A DNA stretch of 64,000 bases, from contig CAZTQY010000003.1 in the NCBI GenBank assembly GCA_964616425.1, positions 47,402 to 111,401 of the forward strand, read 5' to 3'. The translations under genes and the position numbers were made by a program. Position 1 is the first letter of the stretch. Each line of letters starts with the position of its first letter. Below, one piece after another: positions 1 through 9,464 of the stretch. Origin of the DNA: an uncultured Candidatus Saccharibacteria bacterium (GTDB lineage Bacteria; Patescibacteriota; Minisyncoccia; Phycocordibacterales; DATDWN01). The notes beneath the pieces are model-generated. The model saw nothing but the letters and a program-made list of their open reading frames with translations, was not told the DNA's origin and did no database searches.

Positions 1-279
1 GGTCCTGGGTACAAGTTTGATGATGAACTGAATCCATCTACACCTTCATATAAAGAGGGATATAAAAAGGGTGTAGTCGCGATGGCAAACTCGGGTCCAA
101 ATACAAATGGAAGCCAATTTTTCATAATGACTGCAGACTACCCACTTCCTAACAACTATACGATTTTTGGAAAAGTAGTATCTGGTCAAGACATCGTGGA
201 TAAAATTGCCGGTGTTCAAACCGGGGCTAATGATAAGCCTTTATCACCAGTTACTATGACTAAAGTCACAACCGACTAA
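1..279 (+). CDS. Cyclophilin-type peptidyl-prolyl isomerase (5' truncated by window edge)
   Basis: Frame open from base 1 (GPGYKFDDE...); AMANSGPNTNGSQFFI and YTIFGKV cyclophilin motifs. Confidence 0.95.
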   Translation, partial: GPGYKFDDELNPSTPSYKEGYKKGVVAMANSGPNTNGSQFFIMTADYPLPNNYTIFGKVVSGQDIVDKIAGVQTGANDKPLSPVTMTKVTTD

Positions 280-424
280 GTAGCATTGACTTTTATGGCC
301 TAAGGGTGGTATAATAGTACTAATGTAAGTTTCTCATAGGTTTTCGCATTTTCATTTTTGAAAGTAGGAAAAGGAGAGAGTACTAGCCGCCTTACAGTTT
401 AAAATAAAGGCTAGGTAAAATAAA

Positions 425-736
425 ATGGCAAAGAAGTTATATGTAGGAGGAATTGCTTATTCAACATCAGAGACAGCATTGAAAGATGCTTTTGCTCAGA
501 TCGGAGAAGTAACATCTGCTACAATTATCATGGATAGAATGACAGGCCGATCAAAAGGATTCGGTTTCGTCGAGATGGCAAACGATGCTGATGCAGAGGC
601 TGCTATCGCAAAGTGGAATGGTCAGGAACTAGATGGACGAAAGCTTACAGTAAATGAAGCTCGACCAATGGAACCTAGAGCACCACGAACAGGAGGCTTT
701 GATCGTGGAAACGATCGAGGTGGCCGAACATGGTAA
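425..736 (+). CDS. RRM-domain RNA-binding protein
   Basis: RNP2 LYVGGI and RNP1 KGFGFVEM, with a Gly/Arg-rich tail. Confidence 0.95.
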   Translation: MAKKLYVGGIAYSTSETALKDAFAQIGEVTSATIIMDRMTGRSKGFGFVEMANDADAEAAIAKWNGQELDGRKLTVNEARPMEPRAPRTGGFDRGNDRGGRTW

Positions 737-768
737 TCTCTCCGTTTAGCTTAAACCACTAAACAAAC

Positions 769-794
769 AAAAAGCTCCCGGAAGGGAGTTTTTT
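769..794 (+). terminator. Intrinsic terminator
   Basis: aaaaagctccc-gga-agggagtttttt hairpin with T tract. Confidence 0.8.
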
Positions 795-829
795 GTTGTA
801 TGAAAGTTTTGCCGTGCTACAATATTTAT

Positions 830-1288
830 ATGAAAAAAAACAAGATAGCGATATTTTTTGTCGTTATTATTTCTTTTGTGATTATTGTGGCTGTTTTATC
901 TAATTTTACATACAAGGCCAGGGTGACGATAGGAGAGAGTGTCTTTACAGTCAAAGTAGCAGAGACAAAATACTTTTTAGAAAAGGGTTTATCTGGTCAC
1001 AAACCTCTACAAAATAACGAAGGAATGTTTTTTGTATTTAAAAAGCCAGATAATTACGGATTTTGGATGAAAGACATGCTGTTTCCTATTGATATTGTTT
1101 GGATTAGTGAAGATTTTAAGGTGACACATATAGAAAAGTCTGTTTTACCAGAAAGCTATCCAAAAGTTTTTTATTCAGATGTTCCTTCTATGTATGTTTT
1201 GGAGATAAATTCTGGTCAATCAGATAAGAAAAATATAAAAATAGGAGATTTTGTAAAATTTGAGCGAAAGGCCGGAAAAAGCTCATAA
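830..1288 (+). CDS. DUF192 family membrane-anchored protein
   Basis: N-terminal TM segment; GMFFVF, FWMKDMLFPIDIVWI and YVLEIN motifs; start placed at ATG 830. Confidence 0.85.
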   Translation: MKKNKIAIFFVVIISFVIIVAVLSNFTYKARVTIGESVFTVKVAETKYFLEKGLSGHKPLQNNEGMFFVFKKPDNYGFWMKDMLFPIDIVWISEDFKVTHIEKSVLPESYPKVFYSDVPSMYVLEINSGQSDKKNIKIGDFVKFERKAGKSS

Positions 1289-1356
1289 AAAATAGCGTAT
1301 TTTGGCAGGTCACTTTACACTTTTTTTAATTCATTTCATAGCGACCAAAAAAAGGT

Positions 1357-1365
1357 TTATCCACA
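1357..1365 (+). promoter_or_regulatory. DnaA box upstream of nrdA
   Basis: Perfect TTATCCACA. Confidence 0.5.
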
Positions 1366-1501
1366 GTTTTTACGTGACCCTTTGGAGTACAATTAATGAA
1401 CAAATTTGAAAATATCTGCAATTTTTGAAGAAAAATTGCAGATATTTAGTCAAAATGAGTCACAAATTATTAAAATTTATCTTTTTTAATTTATTTTCAC
1501 A

Positions 1502-4273
1502 ATGAGTATAACAGTCACAAGGCATGATGGTAAAAAAGAACCTTTCAATGCCGATAAAATTAATCGTTCTATAGAAAGAGCATGTTATGGATTGTTCGAT
1601 CCAGTCTCAAAAGTGACTCAAATTGCGACTGAAACTCAACTCACTCTCTATGATGGAATCACAACTGATGAAATGGATCAGGCGACTATCAACGCTGCAG
1701 TTCAAAATATAAAAGATGACATCGAATACGATATTGTCGCAAAAAGACTCCTACTTAAAACTCTGTATAGACAAGTTATAAAGGATTTTCATCCTGGGGA
1801 CGAATCTGAAGTTTTTGCAGGTAAACATAGAAAGAGTTTTGTTGATTTTATAGAGACAGGAGTTGCGAATGGAAAACTTCACCCAGAAATGAAGGCAAAG
1901 TTTAACCTAGATGAACTGGCTAATACACTAAGATTGGAAAGAGATGAGTTGTTTCAATACGCTGGACTAGATGGACTCATAAACCGATATTTAATAAAAG
2001 ATATAAATCAAAAACCAATAGAAGTTCCTCAGTATTTCTTTATGCGAATCGCAATGGGTCTTTCATATAACGAAAGCAATCCAACTGAAATGGCAAAAAA
2101 GTTCTACAATAAAATGTCTAGATTGGAGTATGTTGCCGGCGGTTCTACAAACCTAGCTGCAGGAACTATTAACCCAGCGCTATCAAATTGTTATCTTTTG
2201 GAGATTCAAGATAACATGAACCACATTGCTAAATCTGTATCTGACGTTATGCTTCTATCAAAAGGCTCAGGTGGAATAGGTGCTTCTGTTACAAAACTTC
2301 GTGCTTCAGGTTCTCCACTTAGAAAATATGGAGGTACATCCACAGGACCAACACCATTTGCAAAAATAATCGATACTGCTATACGTGCTATTCAGAGAGG
2401 GGGAAAGAAAAAAGGTGCACTTTGTTTTTATATGGAAAATTGGCATATTGATTTTCCAGAATTTCTTGATTGGAAGAAGAATAATGGTGATGACTATATG
2501 AGAATGAGAACTGCAAACACTGCTGTTTATCTTTCTGACGAGTTTATGAAAAGAGTTTCTGCTGGTGATGATTGGTACATGTTTGATCCAGCTGAAACAG
2601 AAGATCTAAATGAACTTTACGGTGAAGCTTTTTCAAAGAGATATGCAGAATATGTTGAAATGGCAAACTCTGGAAAAATGAGAGTGTTTAAGAAAGCTCC
2701 GGCTACAGAACAATACAGACAAATTTTAACAGAGCTTCAGAGTTCATCTCATCCTTGGTTAGTCTGGAAAGATTCAATTAACCTTCGTGCTCTAAATAAC
2801 AATACAGGTACTATTCATATGAGTAACTTGTGTACAGAAATCTGTCTGCCACAAGATAAAGATAACGTTGCTGTTTGTAACCTCGCGTCTCTTAACCTTG
2901 CAGCTCATATAAAGAACAAAGAAGTAAATTGGGCTAGATTGGAAGAGTCTGTTCGTCTAGCCGTAAGACAACTCGATAATCTTATTGATATCAATGTTCT
3001 ACCTATCCCAGAGGCAGCAAAATCAGATAGTGAGAATCGAGCTGTAGGTTTGGGTGTGATGGGATTTTCAGATACGATAGAGCAACTTGGTATGTCATAT
3101 GATTCTCCTCATGCTTGGGATTTTGCTGACAGGATATTTGAATTTGTTTCTTATATGGCAATCGATGAGTCAGCTAATTTGGCACAAGAGCGGGGTAGTT
3201 ATGCAAACTTTCAAGGTTCTGAGTGGTCAAAGGGTAAAGTTCCAATCGACACACTTTCTACATTGGAAGCCGGCAGAGGCAAACCGCTAACAGTTTCTAA
3301 AGTTAGTAAACACAAGGGTCTGAACTGGGATGTGCTTCGTGCAAAGGTTTCAAAAGGGATAAGAAATGCAACACTAATGGCTGTAGCACCAAACGCGAAC
3401 ATTGGATTGGTTGCTGCAACAACTCCAGGAATAGATGCTAGGTTTGCTCAAGTATTTTCTAGAAATAAAATTTCTGGTAAATATCTTGATATAAATCACA
3501 ACCTCGTAAAGGATTTGATAAACCTTGGATTGTGGGATGATGTAAAAGAACAGATTATTGAAAACCAAGGAGATATTGCTGAAATCGCTCAAATACCTCA
3601 ACACATAAAAGACATATATAAAACTTCTTTCACAACATCACCATTTGCTTATATAGAAGTTGCTGCTCGTGCACAGAAATGGGTAGATCAGGCTTTATCT
3701 AGAAACATGTATCTTGAAACTAGAGATATAGATGAGACAATGAAGATATACAGTACTGCCTGGGAAAAGGGTCTCAAGTCAACATACTATCTCCACATGA
3801 AGCCTCGACATACAGCTGAACAGTCAACTACAAATGTGAACAAGGCAGCAAAGATAGGAAAAGTTGGATTCGGTGCGTTGAATTTCAGCAACTCAAATGC
3901 TTTTGCTTCTCCACTTCAAAAATCTTTTAGTGTTGTAAACCCAAGCCAGGTTGTTGCTAGTGAGCCTTCGATTAGTGAATCTGCTATAAAACAAGCAAAA
4001 GAGGATGCTATATCTAACATAACATTGGAAGAGGAAATATTAGTTTCTACTTCAAAGGCTGTTGAAGAAATTTTACCTAAAAATAATGTTGAGCCTAGTT
4101 TTGAGCCATTACAAAAGTCTATATTAGATCAGAATAAACCTGAGCTAGTTGCACAAATTCAAAAAAACGAATATAAATCACTTGAGCAGGTAAACAATAA
4201 TATTAAGAAATACAATATCATTGCTCCTGAAGATCCAGCTGATAGTGATAACATCTGTATTGCTTGTCAGTAA
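1502..4273 (+). CDS. nrdA: Class I ribonucleotide reductase alpha subunit with ATP cone
   Basis: N-terminal ATP cone, LSNCY, SNLCTEI, VCNLAS, APNA, KSTYY, C-terminal CIAC. Confidence 0.97.
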   Translation: MSITVTRHDGKKEPFNADKINRSIERACYGLFDPVSKVTQIATETQLTLYDGITTDEMDQATINAAVQNIKDDIEYDIVAKRLLLKTLYRQVIKDFHPGDESEVFAGKHRKSFVDFIETGVANGKLHPEMKAKFNLDELANTLRLERDELFQYAGLDGLINRYLIKDINQKPIEVPQYFFMRIAMGLSYNESNPTEMAKKFYNKMSRLEYVAGGSTNLAAGTINPALSNCYLLEIQDNMNHIAKSVSDVMLLSKGSGGIGASVTKLRASGSPLRKYGGTSTGPTPFAKIIDTAIRAIQRGGKKKGALCFYMENWHIDFPEFLDWKKNNGDDYMRMRTANTAVYLSDEFMKRVSAGDDWYMFDPAETEDLNELYGEAFSKRYAEYVEMANSGKMRVFKKAPATEQYRQILTELQSSSHPWLVWKDSINLRALNNNTGTIHMSNLCTEICLPQDKDNVAVCNLASLNLAAHIKNKEVNWARLEESVRLAVRQLDNLIDINVLPIPEAAKSDSENRAVGLGVMGFSDTIEQLGMSYDSPHAWDFADRIFEFVSYMAIDESANLAQERGSYANFQGSEWSKGKVPIDTLSTLEAGRGKPLTVSKVSKHKGLNWDVLRAKVSKGIRNATLMAVAPNANIGLVAATTPGIDARFAQVFSRNKISGKYLDINHNLVKDLINLGLWDDVKEQIIENQGDIAEIAQIPQHIKDIYKTSFTTSPFAYIEVAARAQKWVDQALSRNMYLETRDIDETMKIYSTAWEKGLKSTYYLHMKPRHTAEQSTTNVNKAAKIGKVGFGALNFSNSNAFASPLQKSFSVVNPSQVVASEPSISESAIKQAKEDAISNITLEEEILVSTSKAVEEILPKNNVEPSFEPLQKSILDQNKPELVAQIQKNEYKSLEQVNNNIKKYNIIAPEDPADSDNICIACQ

Positions 4274-4298
4274 CATTTAAAATTTAATATAAAATAAT

Positions 4299-5309
4299 AT
4301 GACACTAATTGGAAAACCATCACCAACGGATATGAATTTGCATCCTCTAAATTATAAGTGGGCATATGATTTGTATAACCAAGCTGTTCGAAACACTTGG
4401 TTCCCTCATGAAATAGCACTCAAAGAGGACTTGGAAGATTTTGAGAAAATGACTGAGGATGAGAGACACGCAATCAAGTTTCTTATGGCTTTTTTCAACC
4501 CTGCAGAGCTCATAGTTAACAGATCCATTGCTCTCGGTATATATCCATATTTGAAATCTCCAGAGTGTCACCTATATCTAGCAAAGCAAATGTGGGAAGA
4601 GGCGAACCACTGTGTGTCTTTTGAATATGTTCTAGAAACATTCCCGTTTGATAAAGAGTCTATATTTAACACTCACCTCGAAGTGGCTTCTATGACAGCA
4701 AAGGAGGCTTTCATAAACAGATATCTAACTCGAATGACTGAAGATAAGCTCGATATTGAAACAGTGGATGGTAAGAAAGATTTTATTAGAAACCTAGTTG
4801 CGACAAACATTGTGATGGAGGGTATATGGTTCTACTCAGGCTTTATGGTGGCTCTTTCTTTCCGACAGAGAAACCAACTCAGAAACTTTGGTTCTATGAT
4901 CAACTGGGTTTTGCGAGACGAAAGTTTGCACCTAAAGTTCGGTATTAACTTGGTTCACAATGTGTTGGAGGAAAATACAGAACTACTTACGGAAGAGTTT
5001 GCAGCAGAAATCAGAAACATAATCATCGAAGGAGTTGATCTAGAAGTTGCATACAACAAAGACTTGTTCCCGAACGGTATTTTGGGACTTAATGCTGACT
5101 ATGTAAACCAGTATGTTCAGTATGTGGCGGACAGAAGACTTCAGGAACTTGGAATGCCAAAATACTATAATGTGACTAATCCAGCAAAATGGATGAGTAC
5201 AGCAACAGATGTGTTTGAGTTGGTAAACTTTTTTGAATCACAAAACACAAGTTACGAGGTAGACTCTCACGCAGGGGAATCAAAAAAGAAAGATTCTGCT
5301 TCTGAGTAG
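4299..5309 (+). CDS. nrdB: Ribonucleotide reductase beta subunit (class Ic-like)
   Basis: EEANH, EGIWFYSGF, RDESLH, NFFE motifs; follows nrdA. Confidence 0.96.
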   Translation: MTLIGKPSPTDMNLHPLNYKWAYDLYNQAVRNTWFPHEIALKEDLEDFEKMTEDERHAIKFLMAFFNPAELIVNRSIALGIYPYLKSPECHLYLAKQMWEEANHCVSFEYVLETFPFDKESIFNTHLEVASMTAKEAFINRYLTRMTEDKLDIETVDGKKDFIRNLVATNIVMEGIWFYSGFMVALSFRQRNQLRNFGSMINWVLRDESLHLKFGINLVHNVLEENTELLTEEFAAEIRNIIIEGVDLEVAYNKDLFPNGILGLNADYVNQYVQYVADRRLQELGMPKYYNVTNPAKWMSTATDVFELVNFFESQNTSYEVDSHAGESKKKDSASE

Positions 5310-5356
5310 TTTGACTAAATTTCAGTAAAATTTAATATTAGTAACTGGAGGGACTG

Positions 5357-5656
5357 ATGCTCAGTCTGAAACAGTTGTTGCTGGTTGCAAAGCTGGAAGC
5401 TGTGGTGAGGAAACCGTCTGGACGTGTTGGCTCAGATAATGTTCGTGTTCCGCATGTAATGGAGCCGCAGCCTGTGGTTTTACAGCCACCTAAACCAGAA
5501 GTGCCGAAAAGGCTGTGCCAGGCATGTCAGGCACATGAGCACCATTCTTGTCGCAAATACGCTGTTCTGACGTCTTATGCCATAAAGATGAAGGCTGGAC
5601 GTCTGAAAAGGTTTAATATCACGAGGCCTTGCCAGTGCTCGTGTCGGGCAAACTGA
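5357..5656 (+). CDS. Hypothetical Cys/His-rich protein (cassette)
   Basis: TTGACT promoter, GGAGG SD; CQACxxxxHxxC...CQCSC. Confidence 0.7.
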   Translation: MLSLKQLLLVAKLEAVVRKPSGRVGSDNVRVPHVMEPQPVVLQPPKPEVPKRLCQACQAHEHHSCRKYAVLTSYAIKMKAGRLKRFNITRPCQCSCRAN

Positions 5657-5687
5657 ACAGCTAGTACGAGAAAGGATTGAGACCGTT

Positions 5688-5963
5688 ATGCCAAGCATTG
5701 AAAGTCTGATGAACATTTTGAAGTTCAACCGATTCGTCGGAGGAGATGATGGCTCGTGCTTCGGGGTCACTGATCCCAGTCGCTTGCGCTCTCTCGGCCC
5801 GAGTGAGCTCCGTCCACTTCCACCCATTCTCTGCGATAGTTGTGAGAAAGGTGAACACAACTGCGCAGGAAAGGTAAAGGCGATTCGCGCTGACTTTGCT
5901 GATGACCGGCTCAAAGTCGAGCGCATCCAGGTGGACTGTGAGTGTTCTACCTGCAAGAAGTAA
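5688..5963 (+). CDS. Hypothetical Cys/His-rich protein (cassette)
   Basis: CDSCEKGEHNC...CECSTC, similar motif to the upstream ORF; followed by a hairpin. Confidence 0.7.
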   Translation: MPSIESLMNILKFNRFVGGDDGSCFGVTDPSRLRSLGPSELRPLPPILCDSCEKGEHNCAGKVKAIRADFADDRLKVERIQVDCECSTCKK

Positions 5964-6011
5964 CCGCCAGTCTGGCGCTGACGGAAATCCGCCAGCATCT
6001 AGCTGGCGGTT
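5962..6011 (+). terminator. GC-rich hairpin ending cassette
   Basis: aaccgccag...gctgacgga-aa-tccgccagc...ctggcggtt. Confidence 0.65.
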
Positions 6012-6071
6012 TCCCATTTACACAATATATTTGATATAATTTACACATTATTCTTTGCATAAATTAATCAA

Positions 6072-7112
6072 ATGGCATTTTTCAGTAAAACAAAAAAAGT
6101 TCGTGTTGCAATAAACGGTTTCGGTAGAATTGGCAGACAATTTCTGAAAGAGAGTTGGGATAATGAAAGTCTAGAAGTGGTTGCAGTTAACGATCTAGGA
6201 AGTGTCGATAATATGGCGTACCTTTTGAAATACGATACGGTTTATAAAACATGGAAGCATGATGTGAAAGTAGACGGTGGAAACCTTGTAATAGACGGTA
6301 GAACAGTAAAATTTGTTTCTGAAAAAGAGCCAACAAAACTTCCTTGGGGAGAGCTTGCAGTTGATGTTGTTGTTGAGTCTACAGGACTTTTCACTTCATA
6401 CGACAAAGCCTCTGTTCATTTAACTGCTGGTGCAAAGAAAGTAGTTATCTCAGCTCCTTCAAAAGGTGGAGACGGAAGTGTGAAAGGTGAAACTATACTC
6501 ATGGGTGTAAACGAGGAAAAGTTCGGTACATGTGATGTTACTTCAAATGCGTCATGTACAACAAACGCTGCTTCGCCACTTATTGCTATTTTGGATGAAA
6601 ACATTGGTATTGAAAAAGCAGTTCTGAACACTGTTCATGGATACACAGCGTCACAAGCACTAGTTGATGGTCCGTCTAAAAAAGATTTGAGAGAGGGAAG
6701 AGCAGCCGCACAGAACATCGTGCCTTCTTCTACAGGAGCAGCTATTGCGGTAACACAGGCATTCACGAAACTAGAAGGTTTGTTTGATGGTATTTCTATC
6801 AGAGTTCCTGTTCCAGCTGGTTCTATTGTGGATGTAACTTTTATTTCAAAGAAAAATACAACTGCAGAGGAAGTGAACAGTGTATTGCGAGCAGCTGCAG
6901 CAAGTGATAGATGGAAAAATATTTTCTCAGCTACAGATGAGGAACTAGTATCATCAGACATTCTCGGTAGTCATTATGGTTCTATCGCAGACCTCAAAAT
7001 GACTCGTGTTGTCGGAGGAAACTTGATAAAGGTTATGGCGTGGTATGACAATGAGGCGGGGTATACGAACATGCTGATTGACCACGTGATAAAAACTGGT
7101 AAAACAATATAA
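6072..7112 (+). CDS. gap: Glyceraldehyde-3-phosphate dehydrogenase
   Basis: INGFGRIGR, SNASCTTN, WYDNE. Confidence 0.97.
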   Translation: MAFFSKTKKVRVAINGFGRIGRQFLKESWDNESLEVVAVNDLGSVDNMAYLLKYDTVYKTWKHDVKVDGGNLVIDGRTVKFVSEKEPTKLPWGELAVDVVVESTGLFTSYDKASVHLTAGAKKVVISAPSKGGDGSVKGETILMGVNEEKFGTCDVTSNASCTTNAASPLIAILDENIGIEKAVLNTVHGYTASQALVDGPSKKDLREGRAAAQNIVPSSTGAAIAVTQAFTKLEGLFDGISIRVPVPAGSIVDVTFISKKNTTAEEVNSVLRAAAASDRWKNIFSATDEELVSSDILGSHYGSIADLKMTRVVGGNLIKVMAWYDNEAGYTNMLIDHVIKTGKTI

Positions 7113-7230
7113 ATTCCAAATTTGGCGAACTCCTCGTTCCCAAATTAAAAATATTCGTCACCTTAGCACTAACTAAGGCTCCTCATCTTTTTAATTTCTC
7201 ACGTCGGATTTCATCCAAATTGTGAAATTT
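7110..7230. repeat. Structured intergenic element, family A
   Basis: Long imperfect hairpin, near-identical to 39162-39324; core tcgtca-cctta...taagg-ctcctc. Confidence 0.9.
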
Positions 7231-7290
7231 TGATTTTGGAGTTGTTGAATACTTTATATCTATATACCACAGATTTAGTATAATTAAATT

Positions 7291-7737
7291 ATGCGAATCT
7301 ATATAAGTTCTGACCATGCGGGGTTTGAGATGAAAAGAAGTCTCATTGCTTTTCTTGTTGAACAGCAGTTTGAGGTGTACGACTGTGGACCAAAGCAATA
7401 TGATCATGAAGATGACTATCCAGATTATATTTCTATTGTAGCTTCTAGTGTTTCAAAAGATAGAGACTCAAAGGGAATAGTTTTAGGTTGGTCAGGTCAG
7501 GGTGAAGCTATGGTGGCAAACAGATTTCCAAACGTAAGGTGCGCACTTTTTTATGGTGGCAATAAACATATTTTGACTTTAGCTAGAGAGCATAATGATT
7601 CGAATATTCTATCTTTAGCTTCTCACTTTATAACTACCCAAGAGAGTCATCAGGCTGTATTGTTGTGGCTTAAAACACCCTTTTCTGCAGAACCTAGACA
7701 TATTAGAAGAATTAAGAAGATCGAACAATATGACTAA
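7291..7737 (+). CDS. rpiB: Ribose-5-phosphate isomerase B (RpiB/LacAB family)
   Basis: SDHAGF, DDYPD, AREHND motifs. Confidence 0.92.
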   Translation: MRIYISSDHAGFEMKRSLIAFLVEQQFEVYDCGPKQYDHEDDYPDYISIVASSVSKDRDSKGIVLGWSGQGEAMVANRFPNVRCALFYGGNKHILTLAREHNDSNILSLASHFITTQESHQAVLLWLKTPFSAEPRHIRRIKKIEQYD

Positions 7738-8401
7738 AGTTCTACCTGCAATAATTCCAGTTAATAAAATTCAACTTGAGGAAGAAATCCAGAGAGTTTT
7801 TTCTTTTGCTAATTTTGTACAAATCGATATTGCAGATGGAACTTTTGCACCAGTGAAAACTTGGCCTTACAACGGCAGAGACGAACAATATTTTGAGGAA
7901 TTAAAAAACCAAATGGCTGGTTGGCCAAAATGGGAAGAAGTCGATATAGAACTACACCTCATGGTTGCACATCCGGAAAATATGTTAGAAGAATGGATTT
8001 CAACTGGAATAGGTTCGGTTGTTGCACACATTGAATCAACAACAGATTTTCAAAAAGTAGTAGATATTTGCAAGTCTCATGAAATGTCACTAGGTGTCGC
8101 TATAAAACCAAGTACAGATATTTCAAAACTTGAACCATTTGTTTCTCAAGTTGATTTTATTCAAGTGATGGGATCAGAAAATATTGGTAGACATGGTGTT
8201 GATCTAGAAAAAAGCGCAATAGAAATGATAAAAGAATTGCGAAAGAAATATTCAGAGAGTATAATTGCTATTGATATAGGTGTTAACGAAGATACTGCAG
8301 AAATTCTTGTTGAAGCTGGCGCAAATAAACTAATTTCAGGTGGCGCAATATTAAATTCAGAAAATCCGGGAGAAGTTTTTGATTTTCTAACATCTCTTTA
8401 A
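7730..8401 (+). CDS. rpe: Ribulose-phosphate 3-epimerase
   Basis: QIDIADGTF, ELHLMV, QVM, IDIGVN; pentose phosphate cluster context. Confidence 0.85.
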   Translation: MTKVLPAIIPVNKIQLEEEIQRVFSFANFVQIDIADGTFAPVKTWPYNGRDEQYFEELKNQMAGWPKWEEVDIELHLMVAHPENMLEEWISTGIGSVVAHIESTTDFQKVVDICKSHEMSLGVAIKPSTDISKLEPFVSQVDFIQVMGSENIGRHGVDLEKSAIEMIKELRKKYSESIIAIDIGVNEDTAEILVEAGANKLISGGAILNSENPGEVFDFLTSL

Positions 8402-8402
8402 A

Positions 8403-9305
8403 ATGGCAATGCCAAATTTAACAGACGACAAAATCCGTTTGCTTTCAGAAAAGGCAAAAGCAATACGCATTTCAATCATAGAGATGCTTGTTTCTGCCGG
8501 TTCTGGTCACTCTGCTGGCCCTTTGGGTATGGCTGATATTTTCACTGCACTTTATTTTTTTATTCTACGTCATAATCCAACTGATCCGTTTTGGGAAGGC
8601 CGAGATAGGCTTATACTTTCAAACGGTCACATAAACCCTGTCTTGTATGCAACGATGGCTCACTCAGGATACTTTCCAGTTTCTGAGCTTCTGACACTGA
8701 GAAAGTTTGGCTCAAGGCTTCAGGGTCATCCACATAGAGAGTTTCTTCCAATGTTGGAAAATAGTTCAGGACCACTAGGTTCTGGTTTGTCACAAGCGGT
8801 AGGTATGGCGATAGCAGATAGAATGGATAAAGGAAGAACTTCTGATAGATTTTTCTACTGTTTGCTTGGTGATGGAGAACTAGACGAGGGACAGAACTGG
8901 GAAGCAATAATGTTGGCCAATAAAGAAAGACTTGGAAATTTAATTGTTTTTGTTGATAGAAATAATATTCAGATAGATGGATATACAGAGGATGTTATGC
9001 CTCTTGATTCTGTATTACACAAGTTTGAGAGTTTTGGTTGGCATGCAGAAGAGATAGACGGACATAACTTTGCAGAAATCATCGCTGCTGTTGGGAGAGC
9101 GCAGGCAGTCTTTGATGGACCGAGCGTGATAGTCGCTAGAACTATTCCAGGAAAGGGAGTTTCGTTTATGGAGCGTGACTACAAATGGCATGGTAACCCT
9201 CCAGGAACAGAGTTGCCTGGCGAGCCGCCAAAGGATGAACAAGCAAAAATTGCGTTGCATGACCTCCGTACTCTAGGCGGCCAGATAACATCCGAACATG
9301 AATAA
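8403..9305 (+). CDS. Transketolase N-terminal subunit
   Basis: GSGH, LSNGH, LQGHP, GDGELDEGQ TPP-binding motif. Confidence 0.95.
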   Translation: MAMPNLTDDKIRLLSEKAKAIRISIIEMLVSAGSGHSAGPLGMADIFTALYFFILRHNPTDPFWEGRDRLILSNGHINPVLYATMAHSGYFPVSELLTLRKFGSRLQGHPHREFLPMLENSSGPLGSGLSQAVGMAIADRMDKGRTSDRFFYCLLGDGELDEGQNWEAIMLANKERLGNLIVFVDRNNIQIDGYTEDVMPLDSVLHKFESFGWHAEEIDGHNFAEIIAAVGRAQAVFDGPSVIVARTIPGKGVSFMERDYKWHGNPPGTELPGEPPKDEQAKIALHDLRTLGGQITSEHE

Positions 9306-9430
9306 AACTTCCAAAACTGACAAATTTCTTTGTTCTCGATTTTACTTTCTCCACGCGCAGTACTAGATGTACAGCTTGGTCGAAAGTAAAATCTGCGAAC
9401 TTCGAACTTCACACAGTTTTGAAAGTTTTA
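9303..9430. repeat. Structured intergenic element, family A variant
   Basis: aaaacttccaaaac...gttttgaaagtttt outer stem; gattttactttc/gaaagtaaaatc inner stem; gtac-N5-gtac apex. Confidence 0.8.
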
Positions 9431-9464
9431 AGTTTTCAATCCGAATTGTGTTAAAATAATTTAA

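Noticed and set aside
5480-6017. Minus-strand ORFs of 172 and 118 aa
   Set aside because: These are shadows of the GC-rich plus-strand cassette genes, with no expression signals. Similar shadows over core genes were ignored.
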